Positions 10,350-21,028 of a DNA stretch of 64,000 nt are shown one piece after another. The number at the start of each line of letters is the position of its first letter. The stretch's first letter is position 1. The position numbers were made by a program, and so were the translations under genes. Source of the DNA: Abditibacterium sp. (GTDB lineage: Bacteria; Armatimonadota; Abditibacteriia; Abditibacteriales; Abditibacteriaceae); NCBI GenBank assembly GCA_965246885.1, contig OZ251992.1, positions 288,001-352,000 of the forward strand, written 5' to 3'. The notes beneath the pieces are model-generated. The model saw nothing but the letters and a program-made list of their open reading frames with translations. It had not been told where the DNA came from and did not search any database.

Positions 10350-10358
10350 AGACTTTCT

Positions 10359-10754
10359 ATGTCCATGAACTCTTACCCGATGGCACCGGGCCAAACGCAG
10401 CATGCGCCGCCGCTTTCGATGTGGCGACGCGCGGGTGGCCTCGTCTTCGTGAGCGGACACGGCGCGGTCGATGAGCGCGGGCAGTTTGCGTCCGAGGAGT
10501 TCGAGGCGCAGTATCGGTATACGATGGAGCAATTGAGCGCCACGCTCGCCGAAGCGGGTTGCGCGTTCGCCGATGTCGTGAGCGTCCGTTGCTACATTCA
10601 GCACCCGTCCGACTTGCCCGCCCACAACCGACTTTACCGCGACTACTTCTCCGAGCCGTTCCCCGCTCGCACGACCGTCGTCAGCTGCCTTCCGCCCGGA
10701 CTGCTGTTTGAGATCGAGTGCATCGCCCTCGCGCCGGAAGGAGCCGCGCCATGA
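10359..10754 (+). CDS. RidA/YjgF family protein
   Basis: LVFVSG, N..Y..YF..PFPART, LFEIECIA. Confidence 0.9.
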   Translation: MSMNSYPMAPGQTQHAPPLSMWRRAGGLVFVSGHGAVDERGQFASEEFEAQYRYTMEQLSATLAEAGCAFADVVSVRCYIQHPSDLPAHNRLYRDYFSEPFPARTTVVSCLPPGLLFEIECIALAPEGAAP

Positions 10755-11878
10755 AGTCTGCCCTTTGCTGCTATGCGTGGGACTTTGCCGCCGAGGGTGT
10801 CGAGCCGCTCTTGGGCCAGTTAGCGGGCGCCGGGTTTAGTCACCTCATCTATGCCGTCACCTATCACACCGGCTGGTTCTTGCACGCGCGGCGCCATCCC
10901 AAAGCGTTTATGCCCCCATCGGGCGCGCACTACTTCGCCCCGCAGAGCGCGCTCTACGGAAAGCTCCAGCCGCTTGTCGCCCCGGAGTGCATCGCGCGCG
11001 ACTGGACGCGCGAGGTCGGCGCCGCCTTGGGAAGGCACGGCCTCCAGATGATCGCGTGGACGGTAGGCGCGCACAACTTCCGGCAGGGGGCGCTTCACCC
11101 CGACTGCGCGAGCCGCAACGCTTTTGGGGACGTTTATCCGCACGCGCTGTGCCCCGCCGACCCCGACGTGCGGCACTACCTGCTCGCCTTGGCGCGCGAT
11201 GTCGGGACGAATCTGCCTGTCGAAGCGCTCGCCTTGGAAGCCTTCGATTATCAGGGCTGGAAGCACGATCATCAGCACGAGCGCGACTTCTACAACCTCG
11301 GCCCGCTCGAAGGGCGCCTGATGAACCTGTGCTTCCACCCCGCCACCCAAGCGCGCGTGGGCGCAGCAGGCGTGGACGGCGCGCGCGTTCAATCGCAGGT
11401 CGTGGCCCTCCTGCAAGCGCGCTTTGATGCTTCGCCGGAGCGTCCGCCGGGTTATCCCGACTCGCTCGATGAGTTGCATGCGCGCATCGAAGGGTTGGCG
11501 GGTTACGAAGCGGCTATGGTGGAAGTGGTCGAGGAGATAACGCGCGAGGCGGTCGCAGCGATGCGCCCCGCGATGTGGCACTCGTTCGGCGGGCCAAAAG
11601 CAGCCGATGTGTCCCTCGCCGGACGTTTCTCGCTGTTCGCGTATGGTCAGGACGCCGATTACGTGCGCGCCGCATATCCCGCCGCTAAAGCCAAAGCGGG
11701 CGAGCGGGAACTGTGGGTGATGCTCAAAATGGGCGCCCAAGAGATGCCCTCGCGCGCCTTCGTCGAGGAACTCATCGGCGCGGTGCGCGAAGTGAAGGCG
11801 GACGGACTGGCGTTTTACAACTACTCCGAAGCGCCGCCGCGCGTGTTCCAGTGGGTCTGCGAGGCGATGCAACGATGA
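10751..11878 (+). CDS. Hypothetical TIM-barrel (glycoside-hydrolase-like) protein
   Basis: AVTYH.G, ALCPADPDVR.Y motifs typical of GH-like barrels; ATGA overlap. Confidence 0.6.
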   Translation: MKSALCCYAWDFAAEGVEPLLGQLAGAGFSHLIYAVTYHTGWFLHARRHPKAFMPPSGAHYFAPQSALYGKLQPLVAPECIARDWTREVGAALGRHGLQMIAWTVGAHNFRQGALHPDCASRNAFGDVYPHALCPADPDVRHYLLALARDVGTNLPVEALALEAFDYQGWKHDHQHERDFYNLGPLEGRLMNLCFHPATQARVGAAGVDGARVQSQVVALLQARFDASPERPPGYPDSLDELHARIEGLAGYEAAMVEVVEEITREAVAAMRPAMWHSFGGPKAADVSLAGRFSLFAYGQDADYVRAAYPAAKAKAGERELWVMLKMGAQEMPSRAFVEELIGAVREVKADGLAFYNYSEAPPRVFQWVCEAMQR

Positions 11879-12669
11879 AGCGCGTCTTGTTTATTGGCGC
11901 AACCGGCGTCGTCGGAAGCCAAGTCGTGCCCCTGTTGGCGCGCGAGTTCGAGTTGTCCCCCGCCGCCTTTGGCGGTGGGCGGGTGGAACAGTTGGAAGTG
12001 GCCCACTGCGACATCACCGACTTCGAGGCCACCCAAGCGCTGTTGAGGAGCGCGCCGTTCGAGGCCGTCGTCAACTGTGCGGTTGCCGACCATCGCGGCG
12101 CCCGCTTCGATGACCCCGAAGCGCGGCGCACATATTTCGAGCGCTGTTTGGACATCAACGCGCGCGGCGCTTACTACGTTTTTGAAGCGGCGGCGCGCGC
12201 GGGTGTGCCCGCGTGCGTGTTCGTTTCCAGCCTAACAGCCGTGATGGGCGAGCCGCGCTACTCGCACGTCCCCGCCGATGCACCCCCGCGTCCGCGCGAC
12301 TTGTACTCTTGCACCAAGCTCTTCGGCGAGCAGTTGGGCGCCACCTACGCGCACCGCGCACACGACCCGCTCCGCGTGCTGTGCTTGCGTTTGGGGCAGC
12401 CGTATCCCGCTTTTGTCGAGTCGGACGAAAACTGGAATCAAAACGCTTTTAGCCGCTCGATGATGGTGCACCACGAGGACATCGCCGCCGCCATCACCCG
12501 CGCGCTCCACTCGTCGCGGCGCTACGGGGTGTATCCGATTTTGTCGCGCTCGGATGGGGCTTGGATAGATCAGTCGCGCTGCCAAGAAATTGACTACGCC
12601 CCGCAGTGGACGTTTAGTGCCGACGGCTCCCTGACGCGCGCGGGGGAAGGAGGGGTGTCCCGCGAGTAA
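11875..12669 (+). CDS. NAD-dependent epimerase/dehydratase (extended SDR, uronate-dehydrogenase-like)
   Basis: GATGVVG, FVSS, YSCTKLFGE. Confidence 0.85.
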   Translation: MKRVLFIGATGVVGSQVVPLLAREFELSPAAFGGGRVEQLEVAHCDITDFEATQALLRSAPFEAVVNCAVADHRGARFDDPEARRTYFERCLDINARGAYYVFEAAARAGVPACVFVSSLTAVMGEPRYSHVPADAPPRPRDLYSCTKLFGEQLGATYAHRAHDPLRVLCLRLGQPYPAFVESDENWNQNAFSRSMMVHHEDIAAAITRALHSSRRYGVYPILSRSDGAWIDQSRCQEIDYAPQWTFSADGSLTRAGEGGVSRE

Positions 12670-12689
12670 CGGGGCACATCCCTCCTCGC

Positions 12690-12789
12690 GTGCGGGGAGG
12701 CGTTCTTCGCATGGCGGACGTCCGCCGTCGCATGGCGGGAGAAATTCTTCCGATGCGGGGAGGAGTTTTTCGGATGGCGGGAGGAAATT
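12690..12789 (+). repeat. Degenerate 21-bp tandem array (RTGCGGGGAGG family), 5 units
   Basis: Units start at 12690, 12711, 12732, 12753, 12774. Confidence 0.85.
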
Positions 12790-14016
12790 ATGTCGAAGCC
12801 GCTTCAATTGGCCGTTGTCGCAACGGTGTTTTATCCCTACTCGCACGCCGATGTCATCGTGTCGCGCTGGCTGTCGCCTTGGCCCGATGACGCGCGCGCT
12901 GGGTGGGTGGCGCAAACGCAAATCGCGGGGATGTTCGTGGCACAAACTCCGCCGCGCGACCTGCGCGACGACCCGGCGCTGCTGCAATGGGTCGAAGCGC
13001 GCGAGCGGCCCTTCCATGTCGTGCGCGACGTGGATATGGCGGGCTATACGAGCGAGAAGTACGGCATCCCACTTTTCCCTTCCATTCGGGAGGCGCTGTG
13101 TTTGGGTGGGCGCGAGTTGGCAGTGGATGGGGTGCTGCTGATTGGCGAACACGGCGCGTATCCGTTCAACGAGTGGGGACAAAAAATGTATCCGCGCAAG
13201 GAGATGTGGGACGAAATCGTGGCGGTGTTTCGCGGGAGCGGGCGAGTGGTGCCCGTTTTCAATGACAAGGGCCTCAGTTGGAACCCCGACTGGGTGCGCG
13301 ACATGTTCGACACGGCGCGGGCGCTGAACATTCCCTTTATGGCCGGTTCGAGCCTAACGCTCAACGGGTTTGCATCGGAACGCTTTGGGGTGGAGCCGCA
13401 AGAAGGGGATGCCATTGAGGAAAGCGTATCGCTGTTCGGTGCCGGGCCGGAGAGTTACGGCTTCCACTCGGTCGAGTGGATGCAATCTCTCTTGGAGCGG
13501 CTTCCCCATCCCCCACCCGCGCCCATCGGGGTGGATGCGGTGGAAGTGTGGGAGGGCGCGGCGGTATGGGACGCGCTGGATAACGATACCTTGCCCCGCG
13601 AGTTATGGGAGTTGGCCGCCGCGCAACTGGGTCTTTCGACGGAGAAAATCCGCGCCAGTTGCGAGACGGCTAACGAAGGCGCGACTTCGGCGCACCCGGA
13701 AGAAGGGTGGTTCCGCGCGCCTATCGCCTTTCGCTTGCACCACCAGAATGGCACCATCTCCAACCACTTCTACCTCGCGGGGCCGGGGATTCGCTTTGTG
13801 ATGGCGATGCGCACCTGCGCCCCGGAGGGCGCGCCCCATCTTTTCGCCGCGCGCAACTTTGCCGACGAGCCGGAAGATGTGATTCTGGGCCACTTTGCTC
13901 GCTTGAACACTCACATTCAGAAGTTGATGCTGACGGGCCAATCGCCCGTCCCGCCAGAGCGCACCCTGATTGCTTCGCTCGCCATCGCCGCTGTAATGAA
14001 GGCACGGGCTGCGTGA
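12790..14016 (+). CDS. Conserved hypothetical protein, Gfo/Idh/MocA-like oxidoreductase fold
   Basis: SHADVI, VDGVLLIGEHG.YP.NE.GQ..YPR, PVFNDK, MAGSS, SYGFH. Confidence 0.7.
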   Translation: MSKPLQLAVVATVFYPYSHADVIVSRWLSPWPDDARAGWVAQTQIAGMFVAQTPPRDLRDDPALLQWVEARERPFHVVRDVDMAGYTSEKYGIPLFPSIREALCLGGRELAVDGVLLIGEHGAYPFNEWGQKMYPRKEMWDEIVAVFRGSGRVVPVFNDKGLSWNPDWVRDMFDTARALNIPFMAGSSLTLNGFASERFGVEPQEGDAIEESVSLFGAGPESYGFHSVEWMQSLLERLPHPPPAPIGVDAVEVWEGAAVWDALDNDTLPRELWELAAAQLGLSTEKIRASCETANEGATSAHPEEGWFRAPIAFRLHHQNGTISNHFYLAGPGIRFVMAMRTCAPEGAPHLFAARNFADEPEDVILGHFARLNTHIQKLMLTGQSPVPPERTLIASLAIAAVMKARAA

Positions 14017-14176
14017 CCGGACGCACAACAAGCGTTTCCAAGGGTGCCCAGAGTTGCTCTCGCTTCTTTATCTGTTGTGGGGAGCAGCCGGTCACATCCT
14101 CTCCTGCCCCGGTTTCTACGCTCAAGTGTGGTGCTTTTAGCCCGCCGAGACACCGGCCCGAAAAAAATTCCGGGCG

Positions 14177-14208
14177 GATGTTTAAAATTGGCTCTAAGTG
14201 GGTATAAT
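14177..14208 (+). promoter_or_regulatory. Sigma70-like promoter of the GntR/LacI regulator
   Basis: GATGTTTAAA-N12-TGGGTATAAT; same architecture at 26313-26344. Confidence 0.6.
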
Positions 14209-14256
14209 GAGATGGCATACCTAAAGCCCGATGCGCGGGGGCACTTGAAAGCTGGT

Positions 14257-15528
14257 ATGCCCACTGCCATGACCGCCCTTTCTGCTGTTCGCCCAAACCA
14301 GACTCTTCACGAGTGGGTCGCAGCCGATTTGCGCTTGAAAATCGAGAGCAGCGAACTGTCTCCGGGAGAGCGTTTGCCATCTCGCCAACGGCTGGCCGAG
14401 CAGTACGGTGTGAGCACCATCACGGTGCGCGAAGCGCTGCGTCGTTTGGCTGCCGAAGGTTACATTTTGAGCCGCCGGGGTTCGGGGTGCTACGTGGATG
14501 GCAAAGACGTTTTAGCGTCGGGCGACATAGATGGCGCGCGAAATCAGAGCGTGAATGGGGGCAACGCGTATGCCCTTGGGCGGGCGTCGGTCGAGAAAAC
14601 CTTCAGCAATATGGTGGCTGTTTTGACGCCATTGACGGAGGCGCTTTCGGGAGCGGACGCGGCGCGGTTTCAACTGCTGGAACAAGGCGCCCTCAACGAA
14701 GTCCGGCGCGCGGGTTCTCATGCTTTGGCGCTTCATCCCGACCGTTTAAACGACGAGGAGATCGAGCGACTGGCCGAGATGGGCGTGCGCGGGGTGATTA
14801 TCGGCGAATTCGGGGCGGACACCAAACGTGAGGTGGCTTGCGCGCAGTTGCTGGCGAATCACGGTGTTGCGGTCGTGATGTATGGGGAAGGGGAAGCGGA
14901 TGAGTTCGAGGCGTTCGACCGCGTCGTTTCCGACCACGAAAGTGGGGCCTACGATTTGGCACGTTGGCTCATCGAGCAAGGTCGGAAGCGCATCCTGAAC
15001 GTGTGGGGGATGCCCGCGCAGGGGTATTGGTTCGCCCAGCGCTACAAAGGCTACGAGCGGGCGATGCGCGAAGCGGGGCTTGAAGTTCTGGCACCCATTC
15101 AAGTTCCGCCAACGCCGCTCACCACCTCGTCGTCGTGCGCGCCCTTTGAACAGCACGCCCGGTTCATGGCGGGGTTCCTCATCGAGCACCTGCGGGGAAG
15201 CGAGTCGGTTGACGCTATTATGGCGGGAACTGACCGCGATACCTTTGGAGTGCTGGCCGCCTGCCGCTTGCTGGGCAAGGAGCCGGGCCGCGATGTATCG
15301 TTGGTGGGCTACGACGACTATTGGAAGGAGTGCGAGGAGCGCGCGTTCGAGCCTTGCAGCCCTCAAGCCACCGTTTCCAAGCGCACGGCTCAGATAGGGC
15401 GTGAACTGGCCACGCTCCTGTTTGAACGCACGCAAGGAAGTTTGCCTGCTCCCGCGCAGCGCCGGGTGGTTACGCCCCAAATCGTGGTGACGAGAAGCAG
15501 CGCCCGCAGTCAGTTGCCAGAAGAGTGA
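14257..15528 (+). CDS. GntR-HTH / LacI-type sugar-binding hybrid transcriptional regulator
   Basis: PGERLPS..LAEQYGVSTITVREAL..L...G....RRGSG; C-terminal periplasmic-binding-like domain (VSDHESG, SLVGYDD); start uncertain (14257 or 14269). Confidence 0.88.
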   Translation: MPTAMTALSAVRPNQTLHEWVAADLRLKIESSELSPGERLPSRQRLAEQYGVSTITVREALRRLAAEGYILSRRGSGCYVDGKDVLASGDIDGARNQSVNGGNAYALGRASVEKTFSNMVAVLTPLTEALSGADAARFQLLEQGALNEVRRAGSHALALHPDRLNDEEIERLAEMGVRGVIIGEFGADTKREVACAQLLANHGVAVVMYGEGEADEFEAFDRVVSDHESGAYDLARWLIEQGRKRILNVWGMPAQGYWFAQRYKGYERAMREAGLEVLAPIQVPPTPLTTSSSCAPFEQHARFMAGFLIEHLRGSESVDAIMAGTDRDTFGVLAACRLLGKEPGRDVSLVGYDDYWKECEERAFEPCSPQATVSKRTAQIGRELATLLFERTQGSLPAPAQRRVVTPQIVVTRSSARSQLPEE

Positions 15529-15650
15529 ATGTCTACATGCCATAAACCAAACGCCATGCTGGTGGCGACTTGGAAAGTATTATTTACCAGCGCAGGGGAG
15601 TTTCTCCCACCACGTCAGCAAACAATCGGCTTTCAGCCCAAGGAAACAAA

Positions 15651-16424
15651 ATGAACACATCCAAACAAGGCTTTACCCTTATAGAATTGCTCGTAGTTAT
15701 CGCCATCATCGCTATTTTGGCAGCTATCTTGTTCCCCGCTTTCGCGCGTGCGCGCGAGAACGCCCGCCGCGCCTCTTGCCAGTCCAACCTCAAACAAATC
15801 GGCCTCGGTTTGCTTCAGTATGCCCAAGACTACGACGAGAAAATCGTGCGCTGCTCCTACGGCACTGGCGGCGGTGATGGCGCTTCCCAATCCGATAAGT
15901 GGAAGTGGATGGACGCCGCTTACCCCTACGTCAAGAGCACCCAAATTTTCACCTGTCCCAGCGACTCCGTGAACACTGGCTACACCTACAACCAACCGGG
16001 AGTTGGAGGAGGCAACCTCTCTTTCGGTTCTTACACCATCAACTGCGCCGTTGGCGTTGGCGGAACGGCGCCTTCGAGCAACGCGAGCGAAACCACGCTC
16101 GCGCAACTGAGCGAATCGGCAACCACCGTTTGGGTGGCCGATGGAGCGCCCAACCCAAACAAAGACTACACCTACCGTTACATTCCCGTCGACCTAGGGC
16201 CAGGATCAGCAGGAGGTACTGGTGATGGCGTCAGCATTTCCGGCACGTCACCGCGCCTTTTGAACGGCCACTCTTCCGCTTCAAGCAAAATCAGCGAGCG
16301 CCATTTGGATACGACAAACGTCCTGTACTGCGACGGGCACGTCAAAGCCGTGAAGCTGGACGCCATCGCCAAAACGAACGCGGCGGGAACTGCCATCCCC
16401 GCGCTCACCGTAGAAGCCGACTAA
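15651..16424 (+). CDS. DUF1559 prepilin-type N-methylation / H-X9-DG protein #1
   Basis: [67 protein letters not shown]. Confidence 0.93.
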   Translation: MNTSKQGFTLIELLVVIAIIAILAAILFPAFARARENARRASCQSNLKQIGLGLLQYAQDYDEKIVRCSYGTGGGDGASQSDKWKWMDAAYPYVKSTQIFTCPSDSVNTGYTYNQPGVGGGNLSFGSYTINCAVGVGGTAPSSNASETTLAQLSESATTVWVADGAPNPNKDYTYRYIPVDLGPGSAGGTGDGVSISGTSPRLLNGHSSASSKISERHLDTTNVLYCDGHVKAVKLDAIAKTNAAGTAIPALTVEAD

Positions 16425-16434
16425 CCCAAATACC

Positions 16435-16479
16435 GCATCCGCGCGTGACCGGGGAGTGGAACCGGTCACGCGCGGATGC
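16435..16479. other. Perfect 18-bp intercistronic hairpin, no U-tract
   Basis: GCATCCGCGCGTGACCGG-9 nt-CCGGTCACGCGCGGATGC. Confidence 0.85.
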
Positions 16480-16496
16480 TATGGAAGAAAACTGCC

Positions 16497-17207
16497 ATGA
16501 CACACAGAGAAATAAAGCGCGATTCTGGATTTACCCTTATAGAATTGCTCGTAGTTATCGCCATCATCGCAATCCTTGCAGCGATTCTGTTCCCCGCTTT
16601 CGCGCGTGCGCGCGAGAACGCCCGCCGCGCCTCGTGCCAGTCCAACCTCAAACAAATCGGGCTGGGGCTGGCGCAATACATTCAAGATTACGACGAGCGC
16701 ACGCCCATTCAAAGCTACAGCTACAGCGTCAACGGCGACGTGGTCTACTATTCCAGTAGCACGGCCCTCACCAACTGGATAAAGGGCATAGACCCCTATG
16801 TGAAAAGCTGGCAAATCTACCGGTGCCCGTCGGCTACCAGTTACGCCGCCCTTCCCGTTGGGGATTATACACCCAACGGCACCAACGATACCAGTTACTT
16901 CGCCAACGCGGTGGTAATGAACCGCAGCGCCAGCGTCATTCCCGCTTCATCCGAGATCATCTGGGCGCACGAAGATCAGGTCTCTTACGGCGCTTCGGTG
17001 CTTAGGCCGACCACGCAGGACAGCGGCGCGACTTATCTGGGCTGGCTCAACTCAACTTACGATGTTCATCACTTCGAGGGCGGCAACCTGCTGTTCTGCG
17101 ATGGGCACGTCAAGTGGCGCAGACAAAGCAGCATCAAGGCCAGCGAGTTTGGACTGACCAGTACAGCCGTCGGCGTGGCCGGTGGAACATCAACGGCGGC
17201 GTTTTAA
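16497..17207 (+). CDS. DUF1559 prepilin-type / H-X9-DG protein #2
   Basis: Same N-terminal prepilin motif; [15 protein letters not shown]. Confidence 0.93.
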   Translation: MTHREIKRDSGFTLIELLVVIAIIAILAAILFPAFARARENARRASCQSNLKQIGLGLAQYIQDYDERTPIQSYSYSVNGDVVYYSSSTALTNWIKGIDPYVKSWQIYRCPSATSYAALPVGDYTPNGTNDTSYFANAVVMNRSASVIPASSEIIWAHEDQVSYGASVLRPTTQDSGATYLGWLNSTYDVHHFEGGNLLFCDGHVKWRRQSSIKASEFGLTSTAVGVAGGTSTAAF

Positions 17208-17234
17208 GCGCCCAAACATCGCCCGGAGGAATTC

Positions 17235-18179
17235 ATGATTTCCCAATACGCAGGTGGCGGCGCCCCGGCGGCGCCTTCCGGTTATGGTTTGTGCTTCCAC
17301 TGGACGACGTGGACGATGCCCCGGCACGGGGAATTGCTGCCGTTTGAAGAAGCGATCAATGCTTTTGATGTCGGGCGCTTCGCGAACATGGTGGCGCAGA
17401 CCGGCGCGAGTTATTGCTTCGTGACGGCGACGCACGCGCTCGAACAGATTCCCGCGCCGATTCAATCTCTGGAAGCGGCGTTGCCGGGTCGCACTTGCGC
17501 GCGCGACCTGTTGGGCGAGATGGCCGATGCGCTCATCGAACGCGGCGTCCAGTTCGCGCTTTATTACAACCATTCCTGCAACGCGGAAGACGACCCGCAG
17601 TGGCAACGCGCCTGCGGCTGGTTGGACGAAGATAAGTCCCGCTTTTACGACATCGTTTTCGGCATCGTGCGCGAACTGGGCGAACGCTATGGCGAGCGCT
17701 TGGCGGCGTATTGGTTCGACAGCGCCTTCACCCTCGCGCCCTTAAGCCCCGATTGGCAAAGGTGGACGGATGCGGCCAAAACTGGAAACCCCGACCGCCG
17801 CATTTGCTACAACTCCGGCGTCAATGACCTGACCAGCTACACCCCGCTTCAAGATTACTGGGCGGGCGAGTTCGACGACATCCATCATCCCAACGCGCAA
17901 CCTCCAACCGACTACGCTTCGGGCGGACGCTTGGCCGCCAACGGGCTGCCTTTTCATAGCCTGTTCTGGCTCGACGACTTCTGGGGACACACGGCCAAAG
18001 ATACCGACATCGTGGCGCCCAAGTACTCCGACGAAGAATTGTGCGAATACGTGACCCGCGTCCTGCGGCACGGCGGCGCCGTTACGCTCAACCCCAGCGT
18101 CTATCAGGACGGAACCATCTCCCCGGCGACTTTCGCGCAACTGCTCAAAGTCAAAGCCGCCGCGCACGACGCGCGCTAA
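17235..18179 (+). CDS. Alpha-L-fucosidase-like glycoside hydrolase (GH29-like)
   Basis: GLCFHW, RDLLGEMADAL..RG..F.LYY, EL..RYG....YWFD nucleophile motif. Confidence 0.7.
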   Translation: MISQYAGGGAPAAPSGYGLCFHWTTWTMPRHGELLPFEEAINAFDVGRFANMVAQTGASYCFVTATHALEQIPAPIQSLEAALPGRTCARDLLGEMADALIERGVQFALYYNHSCNAEDDPQWQRACGWLDEDKSRFYDIVFGIVRELGERYGERLAAYWFDSAFTLAPLSPDWQRWTDAAKTGNPDRRICYNSGVNDLTSYTPLQDYWAGEFDDIHHPNAQPPTDYASGGRLAANGLPFHSLFWLDDFWGHTAKDTDIVAPKYSDEELCEYVTRVLRHGGAVTLNPSVYQDGTISPATFAQLLKVKAAAHDAR

Positions 18180-18194
18180 CCCTACCCCCTTTTC

Positions 18195-20858
18195 ATGGAC
18201 AAGACCTTTTCGGCGGCACGCGCCTTGTTGTGGGCGGCGTTTCTGCTTTGCCCTACCTGTGGCTGCGTGCGCGCTGACGAAGCCGCCGCGCCCGCCGCGC
18301 CCGCGAACAAAGCCACCAACAGCGCGCCTGCTCCGCTTTCCTACACCTCGACATGGGTGGGAAACTCTTACGGGCAGGGCGACGGCAAATGGATTCAAAA
18401 CAACATTTTGGGCCTGCATGTCACGGCGTCCGGCGTCGTGTATACCAACAGTTGGTGGGACGAAGGGCGGCGCGAAAGCGGCATCTACGCCGGAAAAGAC
18501 GGGACTCCCGTCGGCATGTTGGAAAGCTTGCACGACTCTTTCGGCGGCGGCTTCGCGGTGACGGGCGACGACGGGTTCATCTACGCCTCGAACTGGGACA
18601 ACGTGCGCCGTTGCCATTTCGATGGTAGCCCCGCGCCTTTTCCCGGCGGGCAAGGCGTGCGCGGTGACACCGTCGGCACTTCCACCAAGCCCACCGGCAC
18701 CGACAAGAGCAAGGGCGTGCGCGGTTTGGGCGTGGATAAGGCGAATCACCTGCTGTTCGTTTCCCAAAACAACGACAACGAACTGCAAGTGTGGGACACC
18801 GCCACCATGACGCGCGCCCGCAAATGGAGTGTCGAGCGACCCGGCCAATTGGCTGTTGCGCCCGATGGCACAATATGGCTGATTTCCCGCAAAGAAGCCG
18901 GACAGAGCGGCCAAGTTTTTCACTACCAAGCGGACGGCACGCAGCTTTCCCAGACAATCGAGGGCGGCGCCGACTTCGACCCGACGGGGATTTGGTTCGA
19001 CGCCAAGACCAACCGCCTCTTTGTGGCCGACAACGGCCCCGACCAGAACATCAAGATATACGGCCAATCGCTGGCCCTTGCGCACCCCAAGCCGAGCGCG
19101 GTCTTTGGGGCGGGCATTTACTCCGGCACGCCGGGTCAAGTCACAACTTCCAAGTTCGGCAGTAGCGGTTTGACCGGCATCGCCACCGATGCGGCGGGCA
19201 ACTTTTACGTGAGCATGAACGGCGTCGGCCCGCAGTCGTTCTGGCATGGCGGCGGGACGGTGCTGGAATCGTGGACGCCTGCGGGCAAGCTGCGTTGGCG
19301 CAAGCTCGGCCTCGCGTTCGTGGACAGCGCCGACGCCGAACCCGCGTCCGACAAGGGTAGCGGCCTTGATGTCTACGACAAGTACTCCCACTACCGCCTC
19401 GACCTGTCCAAGACGACGGCGGGGACGGAGTGGACATACGCGGGTCGCACGCTCAACCAACTGAAGTACCCGCAAGACCCGCGCTTTCTGCGCTCGGCGG
19501 ACGGCTGGGACTACACCGGTGGCACCTTCGTGCGCCAAGTCCAAGGGCATAAGCTGCTGTATGTATTGAGCATGCAAGCGCGCCGCGTGCTCATCTTCCG
19601 CTTTAGCCCCGCCACCGATGGCGAAACCGCTATTCCGGCGGGCATCTGGGAATCGCAGGGCGGCTACTCCGCCGACTACCCCGGCAGCCCGCGCGGGAAG
19701 GATTTCTTCTGGCGCGACATCAACGGGGACGGACGCTTCGACGCCGATGAATTCGCGGCGGGGCCGGGAGTGCCCAACGTCGGCTTCGGGTTGTGGGTGG
19801 ACTCCAACGGCGACTTCTGGTCGTGCAACCACTGGGCCGGGAATGGCGTCGGGATTCGCCGATGGAAGATGCAGGGCTTTGACGCGCACGGCAACCCCAT
19901 CTACGACTATTCGGCGGGTAACTACACCGAGTTCCAGCGTCCCGAAGGGAGCCAAGGCGACCTGCGCCGTTTGGAGTATTTTCCCGCGACCGACACCATG
20001 TACGTCGCCAGCACCAGCGTTTCCGATGGCGACCGCGACGCGGGCAACCGCATCGTGAAATACGACCACTGGAACAGTTCCAAACGGAGCGTCGCTTGGA
20101 CGCTTGACCCGCCTTTGGACAAGACGAAAATCTCGGCAATAAGCGTCGCCGGAGATTACCTGTTCCTCGGCTATAGTTACTTCGGCACCAACAGCCGTGA
20201 GGGAACAATCCGCGTTTACAAGGTCGCCGACGGCTCCTATGCGGGTGAGATTACCCCCACGCCTGCCGTCGGCTCGGTCAGTGGCACCTTCGACATCCCC
20301 TACGCCATTCGCGCCGTCAAACGGCAAAGCGGCGAGTACCTGATTTTCGCTGAGGACGACCACTACGCGAAAATCATCGTCCACCGTTGGAACCCAACCG
20401 GCACGACAGTGGTGGATACCCTCGACCAACTGAACAAGATAGACGCGGCGCGCAGTTCCAAGGGGTGGGACATTGACGGCTCCAATCCGGGGCAGTTCTC
20501 TGGCGACACCGGACGGGCGACGCGCACCAGCGATACGGCGCAGGCGTTGGTGTGGCACGTCCCGAATCTTTCCAATTTTGCCGGGGCGATATATTTCGAT
20601 TCTAAGCTCGACCTCGATGGCTTGGTGACATTTTCCACTTCGATGGATGGCGCCAAATGGACGCCCCTCCAGACGGCCCGCACCGCTTCTCTGGGCACGA
20701 GCGGCGGGTGGAGCGTTTCCTCTTTTGCGCCCCATAGCGGCGCCGTGCCCGCCCACACGAACTACCTCAAGTTGCAGGTCGCTCCCAGTGGCGTGAGTTG
20801 GAACGTGCAGTTGGGCCGGATGGAATTGTTTAGTGCACCGGAGCCGGTAACGCGATGA
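18195..20858 (+). CDS. Secreted beta-propeller (NHL/SMP-30-like) protein
   Basis: Signal peptide; WVGNSYG, YTNSWWDEG, repeated propeller blades, WRDINGDGRFD. Confidence 0.7.
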   Translation: MDKTFSAARALLWAAFLLCPTCGCVRADEAAAPAAPANKATNSAPAPLSYTSTWVGNSYGQGDGKWIQNNILGLHVTASGVVYTNSWWDEGRRESGIYAGKDGTPVGMLESLHDSFGGGFAVTGDDGFIYASNWDNVRRCHFDGSPAPFPGGQGVRGDTVGTSTKPTGTDKSKGVRGLGVDKANHLLFVSQNNDNELQVWDTATMTRARKWSVERPGQLAVAPDGTIWLISRKEAGQSGQVFHYQADGTQLSQTIEGGADFDPTGIWFDAKTNRLFVADNGPDQNIKIYGQSLALAHPKPSAVFGAGIYSGTPGQVTTSKFGSSGLTGIATDAAGNFYVSMNGVGPQSFWHGGGTVLESWTPAGKLRWRKLGLAFVDSADAEPASDKGSGLDVYDKYSHYRLDLSKTTAGTEWTYAGRTLNQLKYPQDPRFLRSADGWDYTGGTFVRQVQGHKLLYVLSMQARRVLIFRFSPATDGETAIPAGIWESQGGYSADYPGSPRGKDFFWRDINGDGRFDADEFAAGPGVPNVGFGLWVDSNGDFWSCNHWAGNGVGIRRWKMQGFDAHGNPIYDYSAGNYTEFQRPEGSQGDLRRLEYFPATDTMYVASTSVSDGDRDAGNRIVKYDHWNSSKRSVAWTLDPPLDKTKISAISVAGDYLFLGYSYFGTNSREGTIRVYKVADGSYAGEITPTPAVGSVSGTFDIPYAIRAVKRQSGEYLIFAEDDHYAKIIVHRWNPTGTTVVDTLDQLNKIDAARSSKGWDIDGSNPGQFSGDTGRATRTSDTAQALVWHVPNLSNFAGAIYFDSKLDLDGLVTFSTSMDGAKWTPLQTARTASLGTSGGWSVSSFAPHSGAVPAHTNYLKLQVAPSGVSWNVQLGRMELFSAPEPVTR

Positions 20859-21001
20859 CGGGAGGCGGCAGCGCCATGCGGGGAGGAAATCATGGCGTGC
20901 GGGGAGGCGGTAGCGCGACGAGGGGAGGAATTATTCCCGTGCGGGGAGGTAATCATGGGACGCGGGGAGGTATTCTTCCCGTGCGGGGAGGTAATCATGG
21001 C
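20855..21001 (+). repeat. Degenerate 21-bp tandem array (RTGCGGGGAGG family), 7 units, in frame with downstream CDS
   Basis: Units at 20855+21n; translates MTGGGSA MRGGNHG VRGGGSA TRGGIIP VRGGNHG TRGGILP VRGGNHG. Confidence 0.88.
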
Positions 21002-21028
21002 GTCCCGGCTGTGGCCGGGCTTGGTATT

